Shown piece by piece: positions 11,629 to 20,340 of a DNA stretch of 64,000 nt. The notes under the pieces were generated by a model that was given only the letters and a program-made list of their open reading frames with translations, did no database searches and was not told where the DNA came from. Every line of letters begins with the position of its first letter. Within the stretch, counting starts at the first letter, position 1. The stretch is from Gammaproteobacteria bacterium (lineage in GTDB: Bacteria > Pseudomonadota > Gammaproteobacteria > Eutrophobiales > Eutrophobiaceae): assembly GCA_965208655.1 (NCBI GenBank), contig CBDBPJ010000007.1, forward strand, positions 20,820 to 84,819. The letters are read 5' to 3'. The position numbers and the translations under genes are program-made.

Positions 11629-12078
11629 TCACATCCTTACCAGGACGTGGTCCTGTCTGGCTGAAACCTGTTTCACCGAACGCCGCTGGACCAGGTCGGA
11701 CAGGCTGACGGCGCTGAGAAAGTCGGTAATATGCGTGCTCAGGTCTTCCCAAAGGTCATGGGTCAGGCAGCGTTCGTCAGCCTGGCAGTTCTGGTTGCCG
11801 CCGCAACGGGTGGCGTCGACCTGCTCATCCACGACGCGGATCACGTCCGCCACGGAAATATCGGACCGGGATTGCTGCAGGCGGTAGCCCCCGCCCGGAC
11901 CTCTTGAACTGGCTATCAGGCCGCCCTTTCTCAAACGCAGGAATAACTGCTCGAGGTACGCCTGGGAAATGCCCTGCCGCTTGGATATATCCATCAGGTT
12001 GACAGGACCATAACTCTCGTGCAATGCCAGGTCCAGCATGGCTGTAACGGCGTAGCGCCCTTTCGTCGTTAAACGCAT
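11629..12078 (-). CDS. iscR: Rrf2-family Fe-S cluster regulator IscR
   Basis: 149 aa. The N-terminus is Rrf2 HTH ([18 protein letters not shown]). It has the three-Cys cluster ligands ([13 protein letters not shown]) plus a His. It is the first gene of the suf operon. Confidence 0.85.
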   Translation of the reverse strand: MRLTTKGRYAVTAMLDLALHESYGPVNLMDISKRQGISQAYLEQLFLRLRKGGLIASSRGPGGGYRLQQSRSDISVADVIRVVDEQVDATRCGGNQNCQADERCLTHDLWEDLSTHITDFLSAVSLSDLVQRRSVKQVSARQDHVLVRM

Positions 12079-12117
12079 AACAGGTGTCTCAGCAGGTTAA
12101 GGGGCGCGTATCCTTAC

Positions 12118-12167
12118 ATATCCGACTATTTTAGTCAAGTATATTTTTGACTATTTTAGTCGGGTAT
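12118..12167 (-). promoter_or_regulatory. Two tandem IscR type-1 operator sites in the iscR-suf promoter
   Basis: ATATCCGACTATTTTAGTCAAGTAT (12118-12142) matches the type-1 consensus ATASYYGACTRWWWYAGTCRRSTAT at 24 of 25 positions. ATTTTTGACTATTTTAGTCGGGTAT (12143-12167) matches at 23 of 25. Both lie 40-90 bp upstream of the iscR start. Confidence 0.6.
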
Positions 12168-12189
12168 TCATGATGCCGTGATTAGTTGA

Positions 12190-12798
12190 TTATAAGGAAT
12201 AAGTGTTTCTGTAACGGAATAAATACCAGGAACCGACGCTGCGGTAGGGACGCCAGTTCCCGGCTACTTCCAGAAGCGCCGGCATGTCATCGGGGGAAAC
12301 CCCGTAAGCCGATGCAACTGCCTTTCGTAATGCCAGGTCCTTGACCGGGAATACATCCAGCCGCGCCAGGCCGAACATCAGGTATATATCCACCGTCCAG
12401 TCGCCGATGCCTTTTACCTGCAGCAATTCCCGGCGGATGGTGTCGTCATCTGCCGACTGGAGTTTCACGAGATCCAGGGAGTTGTCGCTGATCTTCCCGG
12501 ACAGGTCCTTGATGTAGACACATTTTCTTGCGGAGAGTCCGGTTGCACGCAGGGCGTTGTCGGGCGTTTCGAGAATACCCCGGGCTGTGATTTTGCCGTC
12601 AGGGTAGAGCGCACGGAAGCGGGCAATTATGGTGTCGGCCGCGGCCGTGGATAACTGTTGGCTGATAATGATGCCGGTCAGGAACTCAAGGTCGGCGCGC
12701 CGCCCTGCCAACCCGCAGGCGCCGATTTCACTGATAATTGTCCCCAGCCGTTTGTCCTTTTTCCGCAGGTAGCCGGTGATATCGGCAAAATCCGGCAT
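12190..12798 (-). CDS. DNA-3-methyladenine glycosylase II-like (HhH-GPD superfamily, AlkA family)
   Basis: 202 aa with HhH-GPD features (LLQVKGIGDWTVDIYLMFGL...D). Confidence 0.65.
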   Translation of the reverse strand: MPDFADITGYLRKKDKRLGTIISEIGACGLAGRRADLEFLTGIIISQQLSTAAADTIIARFRALYPDGKITARGILETPDNALRATGLSARKCVYIKDLSGKISDNSLDLVKLQSADDDTIRRELLQVKGIGDWTVDIYLMFGLARLDVFPVKDLALRKAVASAYGVSPDDMPALLEVAGNWRPYRSVGSWYLFRYRNTYSL

Positions 12799-12873
12799 AT
12801 CGACCTCTCCTTGAATATGGGGTTACGGTTACTTCCTGTGTGTATTTTAACTCAGACCCCGGGTTTTCGGAGG

Positions 12874-13473
12874 TCAGGTCTGCCCTTTTTGTATATTCCG
12901 GATCATGCGCTCCAGGCGTAGCTGGGGCAGGACCCACTCCGGCGACAGTTCCATGGCCCGGCGATAATCCGCCTCGGCGTTGTCGTAGTCCTTATTGTTC
13001 TCATAAGCCATGGCGCGGTTGAAATGGGCAATGTGGTTTTTCGCCAGGGTCAGTTCAATGGCAGTGGTGTACTGCTGAATCGCCACGTCATATTTCTGGC
13101 TCAGCAGGTAAAGGTTGCCGAGGTTCACATAGACCTCGCCTGTCACCGGTTCCAGTTCAACAGCAGTCCGGTAATCTTTCAGCGCTTTCTGATAATCCTC
13201 CATGGCGCCGTACAGGATGCCGCGATTGACGTAAGTGGCCAACAGGTCCTTGCGGGTCAGCCTGCCATGCAGGATGGCCTGGTTGCACTCCTCGACACTC
13301 TCCTTGCTTGCCGAGTTCAACTGGATGGCCAGGGTGGCAGACATAAAACAGTTACGGGCGTATGAGCCCCCGCCAATGACACTCATCGACTGGGTATAGC
13401 CTGCAACGGGAGAGAATATAAGAACGGGCAGCAACACCCGTAAAATAAACCGAGCTGAGATCATTTTAAGCAC
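12874..13473 (-). CDS. Secreted tetratricopeptide-repeat protein
   Basis: 199 aa with an N-terminal signal peptide and several TPR-like repeats (AxxxYxxAxxLxP pattern). Confidence 0.55.
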   Translation of the reverse strand: MLKMISARFILRVLLPVLIFSPVAGYTQSMSVIGGGSYARNCFMSATLAIQLNSASKESVEECNQAILHGRLTRKDLLATYVNRGILYGAMEDYQKALKDYRTAVELEPVTGEVYVNLGNLYLLSQKYDVAIQQYTTAIELTLAKNHIAHFNRAMAYENNKDYDNAEADYRRAMELSPEWVLPQLRLERMIRNIQKGQT

Positions 13474-13589
13474 CTCTTGAAATACCTGTCTCTTAACCTA
13501 TTAGTATAGATAAAAAAACCAATTCTGCCATGTTATAGTTACCCGCCTTCAACCCTCCAAATTCACAGACACGCGGAAAGAATTGACAA

Positions 13590-14294
13590 ATGATAGATTT
13601 ATACTACTGGCCGACCCCCAACGGCTGGAAAATCTCGATAATGCTGGAAGAGTGCGGACTCGAATACCGGCTGATCCCGGTGGACATCGGGCGGGGAGAC
13701 CAGTTCAAGCCGGAGTTTCTGGCCATCAGCCCCAACAACCGCATGCCGGCCATCGTCGACCATGACGTGGAAGGGGAACCGGTCTCCGTGTTCGAGTCAG
13801 GCGCCATACTGATGTACCTTGCGGAGAAGACCGGGCGTTTTATCCCGGCGGACCCTCGCGCCAGGGTAGACGTCATGCAATGGTTGTTCTGGCAGGTAGG
13901 CGGCCTGGGTCCCATGGCGGGCCAGCTTGGCCACTTTACCAATTACGCTCCCGAGAAAATCCCGTACGCCCTGAGTCGCTATGGCGATGAATACAACCGC
14001 TTGCTGGGCGTCATCGAAAAGCAGTTGGCGGATAAGGACTACCTGTGCGGCGACTATTCCATTGCCGACATGGCCTCCTGGTCCTGGGTAGTGGTGCATG
14101 AGCGGGTGAACCAGAGCCTGGACGGGTTTCCACGCGTCAAGGCCTGGGATGAACGGATGAAAGCCAGACCGGCGGTGGCCGCCGGCAAGGACCTGGGCAA
14201 GGAACTGCGGCGCCGGTTTGAGGACGATGAGGAGGCCCGCAAGGTGCTGTTCGGGCAGACCGCGGCGTCGGTGGCTGAAGTTGCCGGGAGATAG
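13590..14294 (+). CDS. yfcG: Glutathione S-transferase-family disulfide-bond oxidoreductase (YfcG-like)
   Basis: 234 aa. The N-terminus MIDLYYWPTPNGWKISIMLEE...ISPNNRMPAIVDH is very close to E. coli YfcG. Confidence 0.75.
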   Translation: MIDLYYWPTPNGWKISIMLEECGLEYRLIPVDIGRGDQFKPEFLAISPNNRMPAIVDHDVEGEPVSVFESGAILMYLAEKTGRFIPADPRARVDVMQWLFWQVGGLGPMAGQLGHFTNYAPEKIPYALSRYGDEYNRLLGVIEKQLADKDYLCGDYSIADMASWSWVVVHERVNQSLDGFPRVKAWDERMKARPAVAAGKDLGKELRRRFEDDEEARKVLFGQTAASVAEVAGR

Positions 14295-14318
14295 AGAAAA
14301 ATTCAAGCCATTCCGGGC

Positions 14319-14546
14319 TCAAATATCATAATGGGAAATGGTGCCCGAGCGGTTAATCCCGGCTATAAATGGCGCTTTCTCCCGTACAACAAACTTTTGA
14401 ATTCGACTGTGGTATTTCACTAGAATTTCAGCAAGTTCCGGTCCTGTTTGATGTTTTGCGCGGATAACGATCACGCGTGCTCCATACTCTTTAATGGTAC
14501 GTATCTCAGCAGTGCGATATCGGATTTGTTTATCGATAATTTGATG
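14319..14546 (-). pseudogene. Start-less 75-codon ORF remnant of unknown function at the left edge of the AT-rich islet
   Basis: Manual translation gives HQIIDKQIRYRTAEIRTIKEYGARVIVIRAKHQTGPELAEILVKYHSRIQKFVVREKAPFIAGINRSGTISHYDI with no ATG and a stop directly upstream. It reads as coding-like but is unassignable. Confidence 0.25.
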
Positions 14547-14577
14547 TCAAATTACATACCTCAGCCAAGCCTAACAT

Positions 14578-15537
14578 CTAGGAGTCAATATATGGAATAT
14601 TGGAACGGCGAACATTTATTTCTAGCCCCTTTGACATTCGTAAACGATTAACGCTGTGAAAGCGGACATCCTGATAAGCCCCAGGCCCAATAATAATACC
14701 CTCAATGCAATCTAATAAGGCTTCAGATGGAGGGGGCGTCTTGATATATGGCACGAGCATGCCGTTCTTATTATAAAATTGAATATCATCAAAGGGTTCA
14801 GCAATAAGAGAACTCATTCGACATTCGCGCTCTTCGGAAAAATGGTTGTTTTTTGTTAGCAACCGATACATTAAATACCTTTGTATTGCTTCCCCAGCCA
14901 AAGGAGGTGAAAAAATTATTGAAGCCAAGTCAATCTGTTCGTTAGCTTGTATTTGCTCCTCTTCTTGATAGGCCTTATATTTTAGATAATTCATATAAAT
15001 CTCTAGGTATACATCTTTATACTCTAGTACTTGCTCCTTCAGTGAATTGTCTAGGACATAATGAACATCGTTTAATAAGTAACTATATCTTTTCGTTTTG
15101 TTATTAGTATTTTCTATCCATTTCATCAACTTGGACCGGGAAAACTGCAACGCATAGCCGCCTTTTCTGCCGTAACCCCGCCATTGGCTAAGCAAACCAT
15201 CTTGGAAGTCTTTTTCCGTAGTTTTACAGAAGCAGGTTATGTAAATTTGCAGAATGTTCATAGTAGCTTTGAAAAATAGACTTTCGAATTTGTTTGCATG
15301 GTGAGTGATATTATTTCCACGCTTCTGGAATATATTTACAAACTCGTGCTCTGCAAGTACCAAGACTAATGTTTGCTCATTGAAAATCTTGGTCAAAATT
15401 CCTTCTCCAGTATTCAATTCAGATACATCACTGGTAGTAAAGTATGCAGTGCTCCATATTTCACCCTGTGACAATATTCCCAGTAAGCCTGCCGTATCCG
15501 TATAGTGGAATATGGCATCATTAGTATAAGTGGCCAT
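14578..15537 (-). CDS. DUF2971-family protein
   Basis: 319 aa and AT-rich. The N-terminus IFHYTDTAGLLGILSQGEIWSTAYFTTSDVSELNTGEGIL matches the characteristic DUF2971 opening (hYTs...LlgIL..g.lW.s......ND..E). It is recalled from memory, not searched. Confidence 0.45.
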   Translation of the reverse strand: MATYTNDAIFHYTDTAGLLGILSQGEIWSTAYFTTSDVSELNTGEGILTKIFNEQTLVLVLAEHEFVNIFQKRGNNITHHANKFESLFFKATMNILQIYITCFCKTTEKDFQDGLLSQWRGYGRKGGYALQFSRSKLMKWIENTNNKTKRYSYLLNDVHYVLDNSLKEQVLEYKDVYLEIYMNYLKYKAYQEEEQIQANEQIDLASIIFSPPLAGEAIQRYLMYRLLTKNNHFSEERECRMSSLIAEPFDDIQFYNKNGMLVPYIKTPPPSEALLDCIEGIIIGPGAYQDVRFHSVNRLRMSKGLEINVRRSNIPYIDS

Positions 15538-15650
15538 AAGTTTTCTTATCTGTTCCGTTCCTCAACCAAAAAAACAGTAGTCGCCCCCACAGTTGGGTCA
15601 GGCAAAATATTGAACTTAAAGATCAGAGAATTTGCCTAGATAATTCTCAC

Positions 15651-15941
15651 TTACCCATGCAACGCCCGAACAGCATGTTCCGGGTCTACATCCAGGATTC
15701 TCAGCAGAGCCTTAGCCGGTCCAGTCGGATGCCGGCGCCCTTGTTCCCAGTTTTCCAGCGTCCGCTTGCTGACGCCGATTAACATAGCAAATTGATTCTG
15801 GCTCAGTCCGATTTTTTTCCGGATCATCTTGGCCTCTGGTTCCGGAAATTTTGTGACCCTGGCAGCCGCTTTTTTTCCTTGGACAATTTCGTCCATTTCC
15901 TGAACGCTGGCCAACAATTCATTAAACAGTTCATTTTTCAT
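15651..15941 (-). CDS. higA: XRE/COG2944-type HTH antitoxin (HigA-like)
   Basis: The motif IGLSQNQFAMLIGVSKRTLENWEQGRRHPTGPAKALLRIL is the COG2944 antitoxin signature. It overlaps the upstream toxin gene. The start is taken at the internal MKNELF. Confidence 0.7.
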   Translation of the reverse strand: MKNELFNELLASVQEMDEIVQGKKAAARVTKFPEPEAKMIRKKIGLSQNQFAMLIGVSKRTLENWEQGRRHPTGPAKALLRILDVDPEHAVRALHG

Positions 15942-16254
15942 CTGTCCACCTCTCAACTATCGATTTCAGTTCTTTCACTTGTTCAGACGTTAGATCTTCC
16001 TGTTTAGTCTTTTGGTAAATGTACAGCATGTATATCTGCTCATTTTTCGTCATCCAGTAGTAAATCACCCTGACGCCACCGCTCTTCCCCCGTCCTTCAT
16101 GCTTCCAGCGGACTTTTCTCAGTCCTCCAGTGCCTTGAATAATGTCGCCCATGCCTGGGCGATTTACCAAGGCTTCCTGAAGCTCCCTATACTCCTCATC
16201 GCTCATCAATTCTTTGATACGCCGTGTAAAGATACGGGTTTCTATGATTACCAT
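15931..16254 (-). CDS. higB: Gp49/HigB-like RelE-superfamily toxin
   Basis: 107 aa. KSGGVRVIYYW...IYMLYIYQKTKQEDLT is the PF05973-type toxin signature. The gene is in toxin-then-antitoxin order with 15651-15941. Confidence 0.7.
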   Translation of the reverse strand: MVIIETRIFTRRIKELMSDEEYRELQEALVNRPGMGDIIQGTGGLRKVRWKHEGRGKSGGVRVIYYWMTKNEQIYMLYIYQKTKQEDLTSEQVKELKSIVERWTDEK

Positions 16255-16544
16255 GATTGCTAATTGTACGTCAAAGGCGTATATTGTCCAAGTTGATTCC
16301 TGATGGTCAAGACATAATTGTTATAATTTTGTTCAATCAATATTAACTGCAGGTAGATATCCGCTAGACTAGCTGGCAAGGCGGTAGTCGCCAGGTGACT
16401 GACAGATCGGAATTTCTTGATTGCTTCGGTGATAAATTTTATCTGTTCGTGGTACTGAACTCCATCGAACCGGTTCAGTTCCAGGAGGTTTGAAACAGGG
16501 AGACTAATAATATTTCCCGGATAAGGTCAGATTAGTATTCAATT

Positions 16545-16832
16545 ATGAAAAATATCACGACAGATAACATCTTTGAGGATATCGGTTTCGACAAACAGGA
16601 GGCCGCCAACATGAAAGTTCGTGCGGAATTACTGCTGGAAGTCCGAGAGCATATTCGTAAGATAGGCTTCAAGCAGAAAGAAGCCGATGCCTTGCTAGGG
16701 ATCAACCAATTTGAAGTCAGCGCACTGATGAATGGTCATATCTTCAATTTCAGTATTGATGCGCTGGTGAATATGCTTGCCAGGGTAGTGCGGGAACTGA
16801 AAATTACAACACAGCCAAAAAAGGCGATTTGA
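16545..16832 (+). CDS. XRE-family HTH antitoxin-like protein (NIFEDIGF motif class). No intact partner toxin lies upstream.
   Basis: 95 aa. MKNITTDNIFEDIGFDKQEAANMKVRAELL...LGINQFEVSALMNGHI matches HigA-type antitoxins that normally follow a ~90 aa RelE/HigB toxin. The 290 bp upstream has no ORF in any frame. Confidence 0.6.
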   Translation: MKNITTDNIFEDIGFDKQEAANMKVRAELLLEVREHIRKIGFKQKEADALLGINQFEVSALMNGHIFNFSIDALVNMLARVVRELKITTQPKKAI

Positions 16833-16911
16833 GTTGTGTACTTCATCTATACAGACCAACTAGGTTTTAAATAAGCTTCTATGAATCAAGAAATAATGAG
16901 TAGAGAGATGA

Positions 16912-17580
16912 TTGAGAATGGATAGTTGGTGGCAATTAGGAGAGGGTTATGGGGCTCATGGCAGAAAACTCGCGGTATACCAAATTACATGTGCATTCTG
17001 TATGGAAGAGGGAAATTTCGAGACTGTGTTTCATGCCGAAAAGAAAAAACCAAATTCCGACAAGAAATTGAACTTCGATACCCTTGAGTGTGGAAACTGT
17101 AAAGGGTACGTAATGGTAATTTGGTCTGCTGGTGACTATCACGGAGACCTTCATAACTACAGAGTTCTGCCATACCCTTTGAAATTAGAAAAGTTTCCTG
17201 AGCATTGGCCAGAAGCTGTCGGTCGATACTGGCTCCAAGCAAAACGTAATATACGAGATGAAAATTGGGATGCTGCCGCTGTAATGGCGCGAAGTGCTTT
17301 GCAAATCGCACTTAGAGACAACAAAGCTGAAGGGAAAAACCTAAAGCAAGAAATTGATGATCTAGCCGAGAAGGGTACCTTGCCGCCGATTATGAAAGAT
17401 TGGTCCAATCATGTTCGCGATTTAGGTAATGATTCGGCGCATCCACAACCAGAGCAAGATCCAACGAATCCACAAGATGCACGGGACATGGTTGGCTTTC
17501 TAGATTTCTTACTGGAGTATCTATATACACTTCCTCATCGTATCAGTCAGTATCGGGGCCGTGGAAATGAAGAAGAATGA
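16912..17580 (+). CDS. Zn-ribbon plus DUF4145 domain protein
   Basis: 222 aa. The N-terminal CxxC...CxxC pairs are CAFC (27-30) and CGNC (60-63). The C-terminal region (ARSALQIALRD...NHVRDLGNDSAHP) resembles DUF4145, the domain also found at the HsdR C-terminus and in Abi-like proteins. Confidence 0.5.
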   Translation: MRMDSWWQLGEGYGAHGRKLAVYQITCAFCMEEGNFETVFHAEKKKPNSDKKLNFDTLECGNCKGYVMVIWSAGDYHGDLHNYRVLPYPLKLEKFPEHWPEAVGRYWLQAKRNIRDENWDAAAVMARSALQIALRDNKAEGKNLKQEIDDLAEKGTLPPIMKDWSNHVRDLGNDSAHPQPEQDPTNPQDARDMVGFLDFLLEYLYTLPHRISQYRGRGNEEE

Positions 17581-17916
17581 ACTGTAGAGTTTGGCTCTGC
17601 CGTAATATAAATATTTGTTAGGTGTGTGATTCATAGACATCCTTTCAACTAACTGATGACCTCTCCCCACAGCACTGTTCGTAATATTGAAGAGATCAGG
17701 CCACTTCTCGACAGGCAGTATATTTTTGACATTTTTGATTTTTATATAACCTAAATTTTGTTGGGATAATCGTTGGGCAAAGATCAGAAAGTAATATAAA
17801 TTACATTAAAAACAACAGGTTATTCGCCCAGTCATATTCCCCCTTCCAGCACCAATTTCCTGAATAAAATCAGGAATTCTTGTAGTGCACCTTGGTTATT
17901 CCATTCCGCCCTTGTC

Positions 17917-18222
17917 GCTCAAATTAGCGGGTCCACTATTTCGACCCCGGTATTCTCGAAATCCCGCCGGTTACGGGTTGCGAACTGCAGTCCATGGGTA
18001 AGTGCAGTTGCAGCAATCAGACTGTCCTTGACTGTCATCGGTTTTCCGATGGAGCGCAGATACGCGAGGAGTTCTGCCCAAGGTAACCCCGTCTCAACAT
18101 CCCATGATATACAAATACTACGCCTTGTTATTTCATCAAACCAGTGTTCGGGTTCCCGACGTCGCCGGCCGTGTAGCCTTACACAACACGTTGGTAGCGA
18201 TAAGACTCGTCACGATGGTCAT
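17917..18222 (-). pseudogene. vapC: Degraded vapC (PIN-domain toxin): frameshifted, internally deleted, first catalytic Asp replaced
   Basis: Manual translation: the ATG overlaps the vapB stop (ATGA). The N-terminus reads MTIVTSLIATNVL (LDTNV becomes IATNV) and ends after 28 codons. The conserved C-terminus ...DSLIAATALTHGLQFATRNRRDFENTGVEIVDP continues in another frame. The total is ~95 rather than ~130 codons. Confidence 0.5.
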
Positions 18223-18455
18223 CCAACCGTGTCGGTAGACTCCGATTCTATAGGCACAAACCAGGCCTTAACCGGACACGCAAGGAGTGTATCAATCAAC
18301 CTCAGGTTCTTCGGGGACTCGGCAACTACCAGGTGGTATTCGCCTCTGTCCACGCGCTCAATATCATATGCTTGATCGGCCTCGTTCTTGTCCTGATTGC
18401 TAAAATCGGCTGGTATGACGATCTGGCCTTTCGATGAAATGATAGTCTTCTTCAT
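18219..18455 (-). CDS. vapB: AbrB/SpoVT-family antitoxin VapB
   Basis: 78 aa from the internal Met: MKKTIISSKGQIVIPADF... is a swapped-hairpin antitoxin signature. It lies upstream of the vapC remnant. Confidence 0.6.
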   Translation of the reverse strand: MKKTIISSKGQIVIPADFSNQDKNEADQAYDIERVDRGEYHLVVAESPKNLRLIDTLLACPVKAWFVPIESESTDTVG

Positions 18456-18583
18456 ATCGGGTAAGTTAACGTCCCATACCGGTATTATCAAGATTCTGGT
18501 CAGGAACAAATCCCGAATATCCCGTTGACAGCTTTGAGATGGGAGGGAGATAATCGTAGTGTAATTAATTGGAAGAATGACAC

Positions 18584-18823
18584 ATGTCAACTATTACCAT
18601 CCATACGACCGACGAGGTTTCAACCAAGCTGAACCGGCTTGCAAAGGTGATGAACAAATCAAGGGATCAGGTAATTGAAGTTGCATTAAAGCAATATATT
18701 TCAGAGCAATCCGATCAAATTGCAGGTATTGAGCAGGCACAATTATCACTTGCAAAAGGCGCCGGTAAAGATTTTGACACGGTCGTCGAGGAACTACGTA
18801 ACAAAATCCGACACAAGCAATAG
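18584..18823 (+). CDS. parD: Ribbon-helix-helix (CopG/ParD-like) antitoxin
   Basis: 79 aa. MSTITIHTTDEVSTKLNRLAKVMNKSRDQVIEVAL has an RHH fold pattern. It is divergent from vapB and followed by a parE-like ORF. Confidence 0.6.
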   Translation: MSTITIHTTDEVSTKLNRLAKVMNKSRDQVIEVALKQYISEQSDQIAGIEQAQLSLAKGAGKDFDTVVEELRNKIRHKQ

Positions 18824-18833
18824 TAAGGAATAA

Positions 18834-19004
18834 ATGAAAATAAGGATTTCGCCGGAAGCAGAACAGGATTTAATCGAAATCTTTGATTACATCATCACAG
18901 ATAACCCGCTTGCTGCCAAAAAAACACTGGACGTGCTTTATAGTGAGATTCGTCACCTCAGTAATCATCCTGCGCATCTACCATTCAGCCAACAAATGGC
19001 CTGA
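18834..19004 (+). pseudogene. parE: Truncated ParE/RelE-family toxin (56 codons; the C-terminal half is missing)
   Basis: MKIRISPEAEQDLIEIFDYIITDNPLAAKKTLDVLYSEIRHLSNHP is a ParE N-terminus. The stop comes after 56 aa, and the next gene's convergent stop is only 36 bp beyond. Confidence 0.55.
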
Positions 19005-19040
19005 TGGCTTTGACTGAATAACGACATGAAATCAATCGTT

Positions 19041-20273
19041 TTAAACCAGATCATCATCCAGTAACTCCGGCTTCAACCCATACGCCAGTATCTGCGCGAA
19101 TTTCCTTTGCACAAAGGCAGACCTGGACAGGATGCGCATGGGCAACGGCAGTTGAAACGGCTTATCGGATTTCAGCGCGCCGGCAATGATGCGGTTCTGA
19201 ATAAACCGTTGCAGTTGCTGGATGAAAGCAACTGCCGGCTCGCGGCGTCTCTGCACTTCGGCAAGGTCATTTTCTGATACGGTTCCTTGCACAAGGTGCG
19301 GGGTCAGGACGTTTGCCGCCGACACCGCGTCCTGGATGGCGTAGTTTATACCGACCCCGCCTACGGGCGACATGACGTGGGCCGCATCGCCGATCAACAG
19401 CAGTCCGGGTCGATGCCATTGTTCCACCCTGCCGGTGAGCACCGATAAAATGGCGCATTGCGACCAGTCCTGCAGGATGGAGAATGCGCCCTTCAGTTCC
19501 GGAGCGATTTCTGCCAGCTGATCCCTGAAGGCGCCGAGACCCGCTTTACGGAATTCCCGGTACGATCCTTTCAGGATGATAAAACCCGCCTGCCAATGAT
19601 CTCCCCGGTCAATAATGATCAGCATGGTGCCCGCGCCGAAACGCGCCTGCAAGCCGCCAGCCAGCTTGCTGTTTTCCGGGACCGGTAATTTAAACCACAA
19701 CACGTCCATGGGTGGCGAGGTACGGCAGAGTTCCATGCCCGCCTGCTGTCTGACCGCGGAATTGCGGCCGTCTGCCGCGACGACCAGGTGGGCGGGGATG
19801 CTTTTCGATTCGTCGTTGTGTACGCATTTTATCCCGATGGTTTGATCGCCTGTCTTCAGCAGTTCCGTAAATGTGGCGTTAATCCATAGCCGGAAATCAG
19901 GATACTGCTTTGCCTCCTCAACCAGCCGTTCCAGGAAGCGGGCCTGGGGGACCAGCGCGATGTATGGGTACGCCGTCTTCAGACGGGTAAAATCAGCCAT
20001 TGTCACCAGGCCGCGAGCCGTGCCGAATCGGGCTTTCTCTATCCTTGAATTACTGAGTTCCAGGATGGGTTCGGCCAGGTTCAACTGGGCAAGTATTTCC
20101 ATGGAATAGGCATGCAGGGTATCGCCGCGGAAATCACGGTCGAAGTCCGGCTGTGATTCGACCAGGGTAAGGGGTATCCCGTTTCTCGCCAGGATCAAGG
20201 CCAGCACCACACCTGCCGGTCCTGCCCCGACGATGCATACATGGTTACCGGCTGTTTCCCCGAATTCGGTCAT
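19041..20273 (-). CDS. FAD-dependent monooxygenase (UbiH/COQ6/kynurenine-monooxygenase-like fold)
   Basis: 410 aa. The N-terminal GxGxxG motif is VCIVGAGPAGVVLALILARNGIPLTLVE. Internal DG and GD FAD motifs are present. Confidence 0.75.
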   Translation of the reverse strand: MTEFGETAGNHVCIVGAGPAGVVLALILARNGIPLTLVESQPDFDRDFRGDTLHAYSMEILAQLNLAEPILELSNSRIEKARFGTARGLVTMADFTRLKTAYPYIALVPQARFLERLVEEAKQYPDFRLWINATFTELLKTGDQTIGIKCVHNDESKSIPAHLVVAADGRNSAVRQQAGMELCRTSPPMDVLWFKLPVPENSKLAGGLQARFGAGTMLIIIDRGDHWQAGFIILKGSYREFRKAGLGAFRDQLAEIAPELKGAFSILQDWSQCAILSVLTGRVEQWHRPGLLLIGDAAHVMSPVGGVGINYAIQDAVSAANVLTPHLVQGTVSENDLAEVQRRREPAVAFIQQLQRFIQNRIIAGALKSDKPFQLPLPMRILSRSAFVQRKFAQILAYGLKPELLDDDLV

Positions 20274-20340
20274 GGTTGCCTGGATCAGTTAATGGTGTTT
20301 TAATTCCCGACTTTATGAGACTTAGGGAAACATAACCGAC

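Noticed and set aside
14331-14365. tRNA-like string ggtgcccgagcggttaatcccggc at the left edge of the AT-rich islet. A tRNA remnant or att site was considered.
   Set aside because: No cloverleaf can be folded. The string lies inside a coding-like start-less ORF remnant (…GINRSGT…) on the minus strand.
16264-16544. Searched for the missing RelE/HigB-type toxin upstream of the orphan XRE antitoxin.
   Set aside because: All six frames were translated by hand. The longest open stretch is ~40 codons (TSWQGGSRQVTDRSEFLDCFGDKFYLFVVLNSIEPVQFQEV) with no start and no RelE/HigB motifs.
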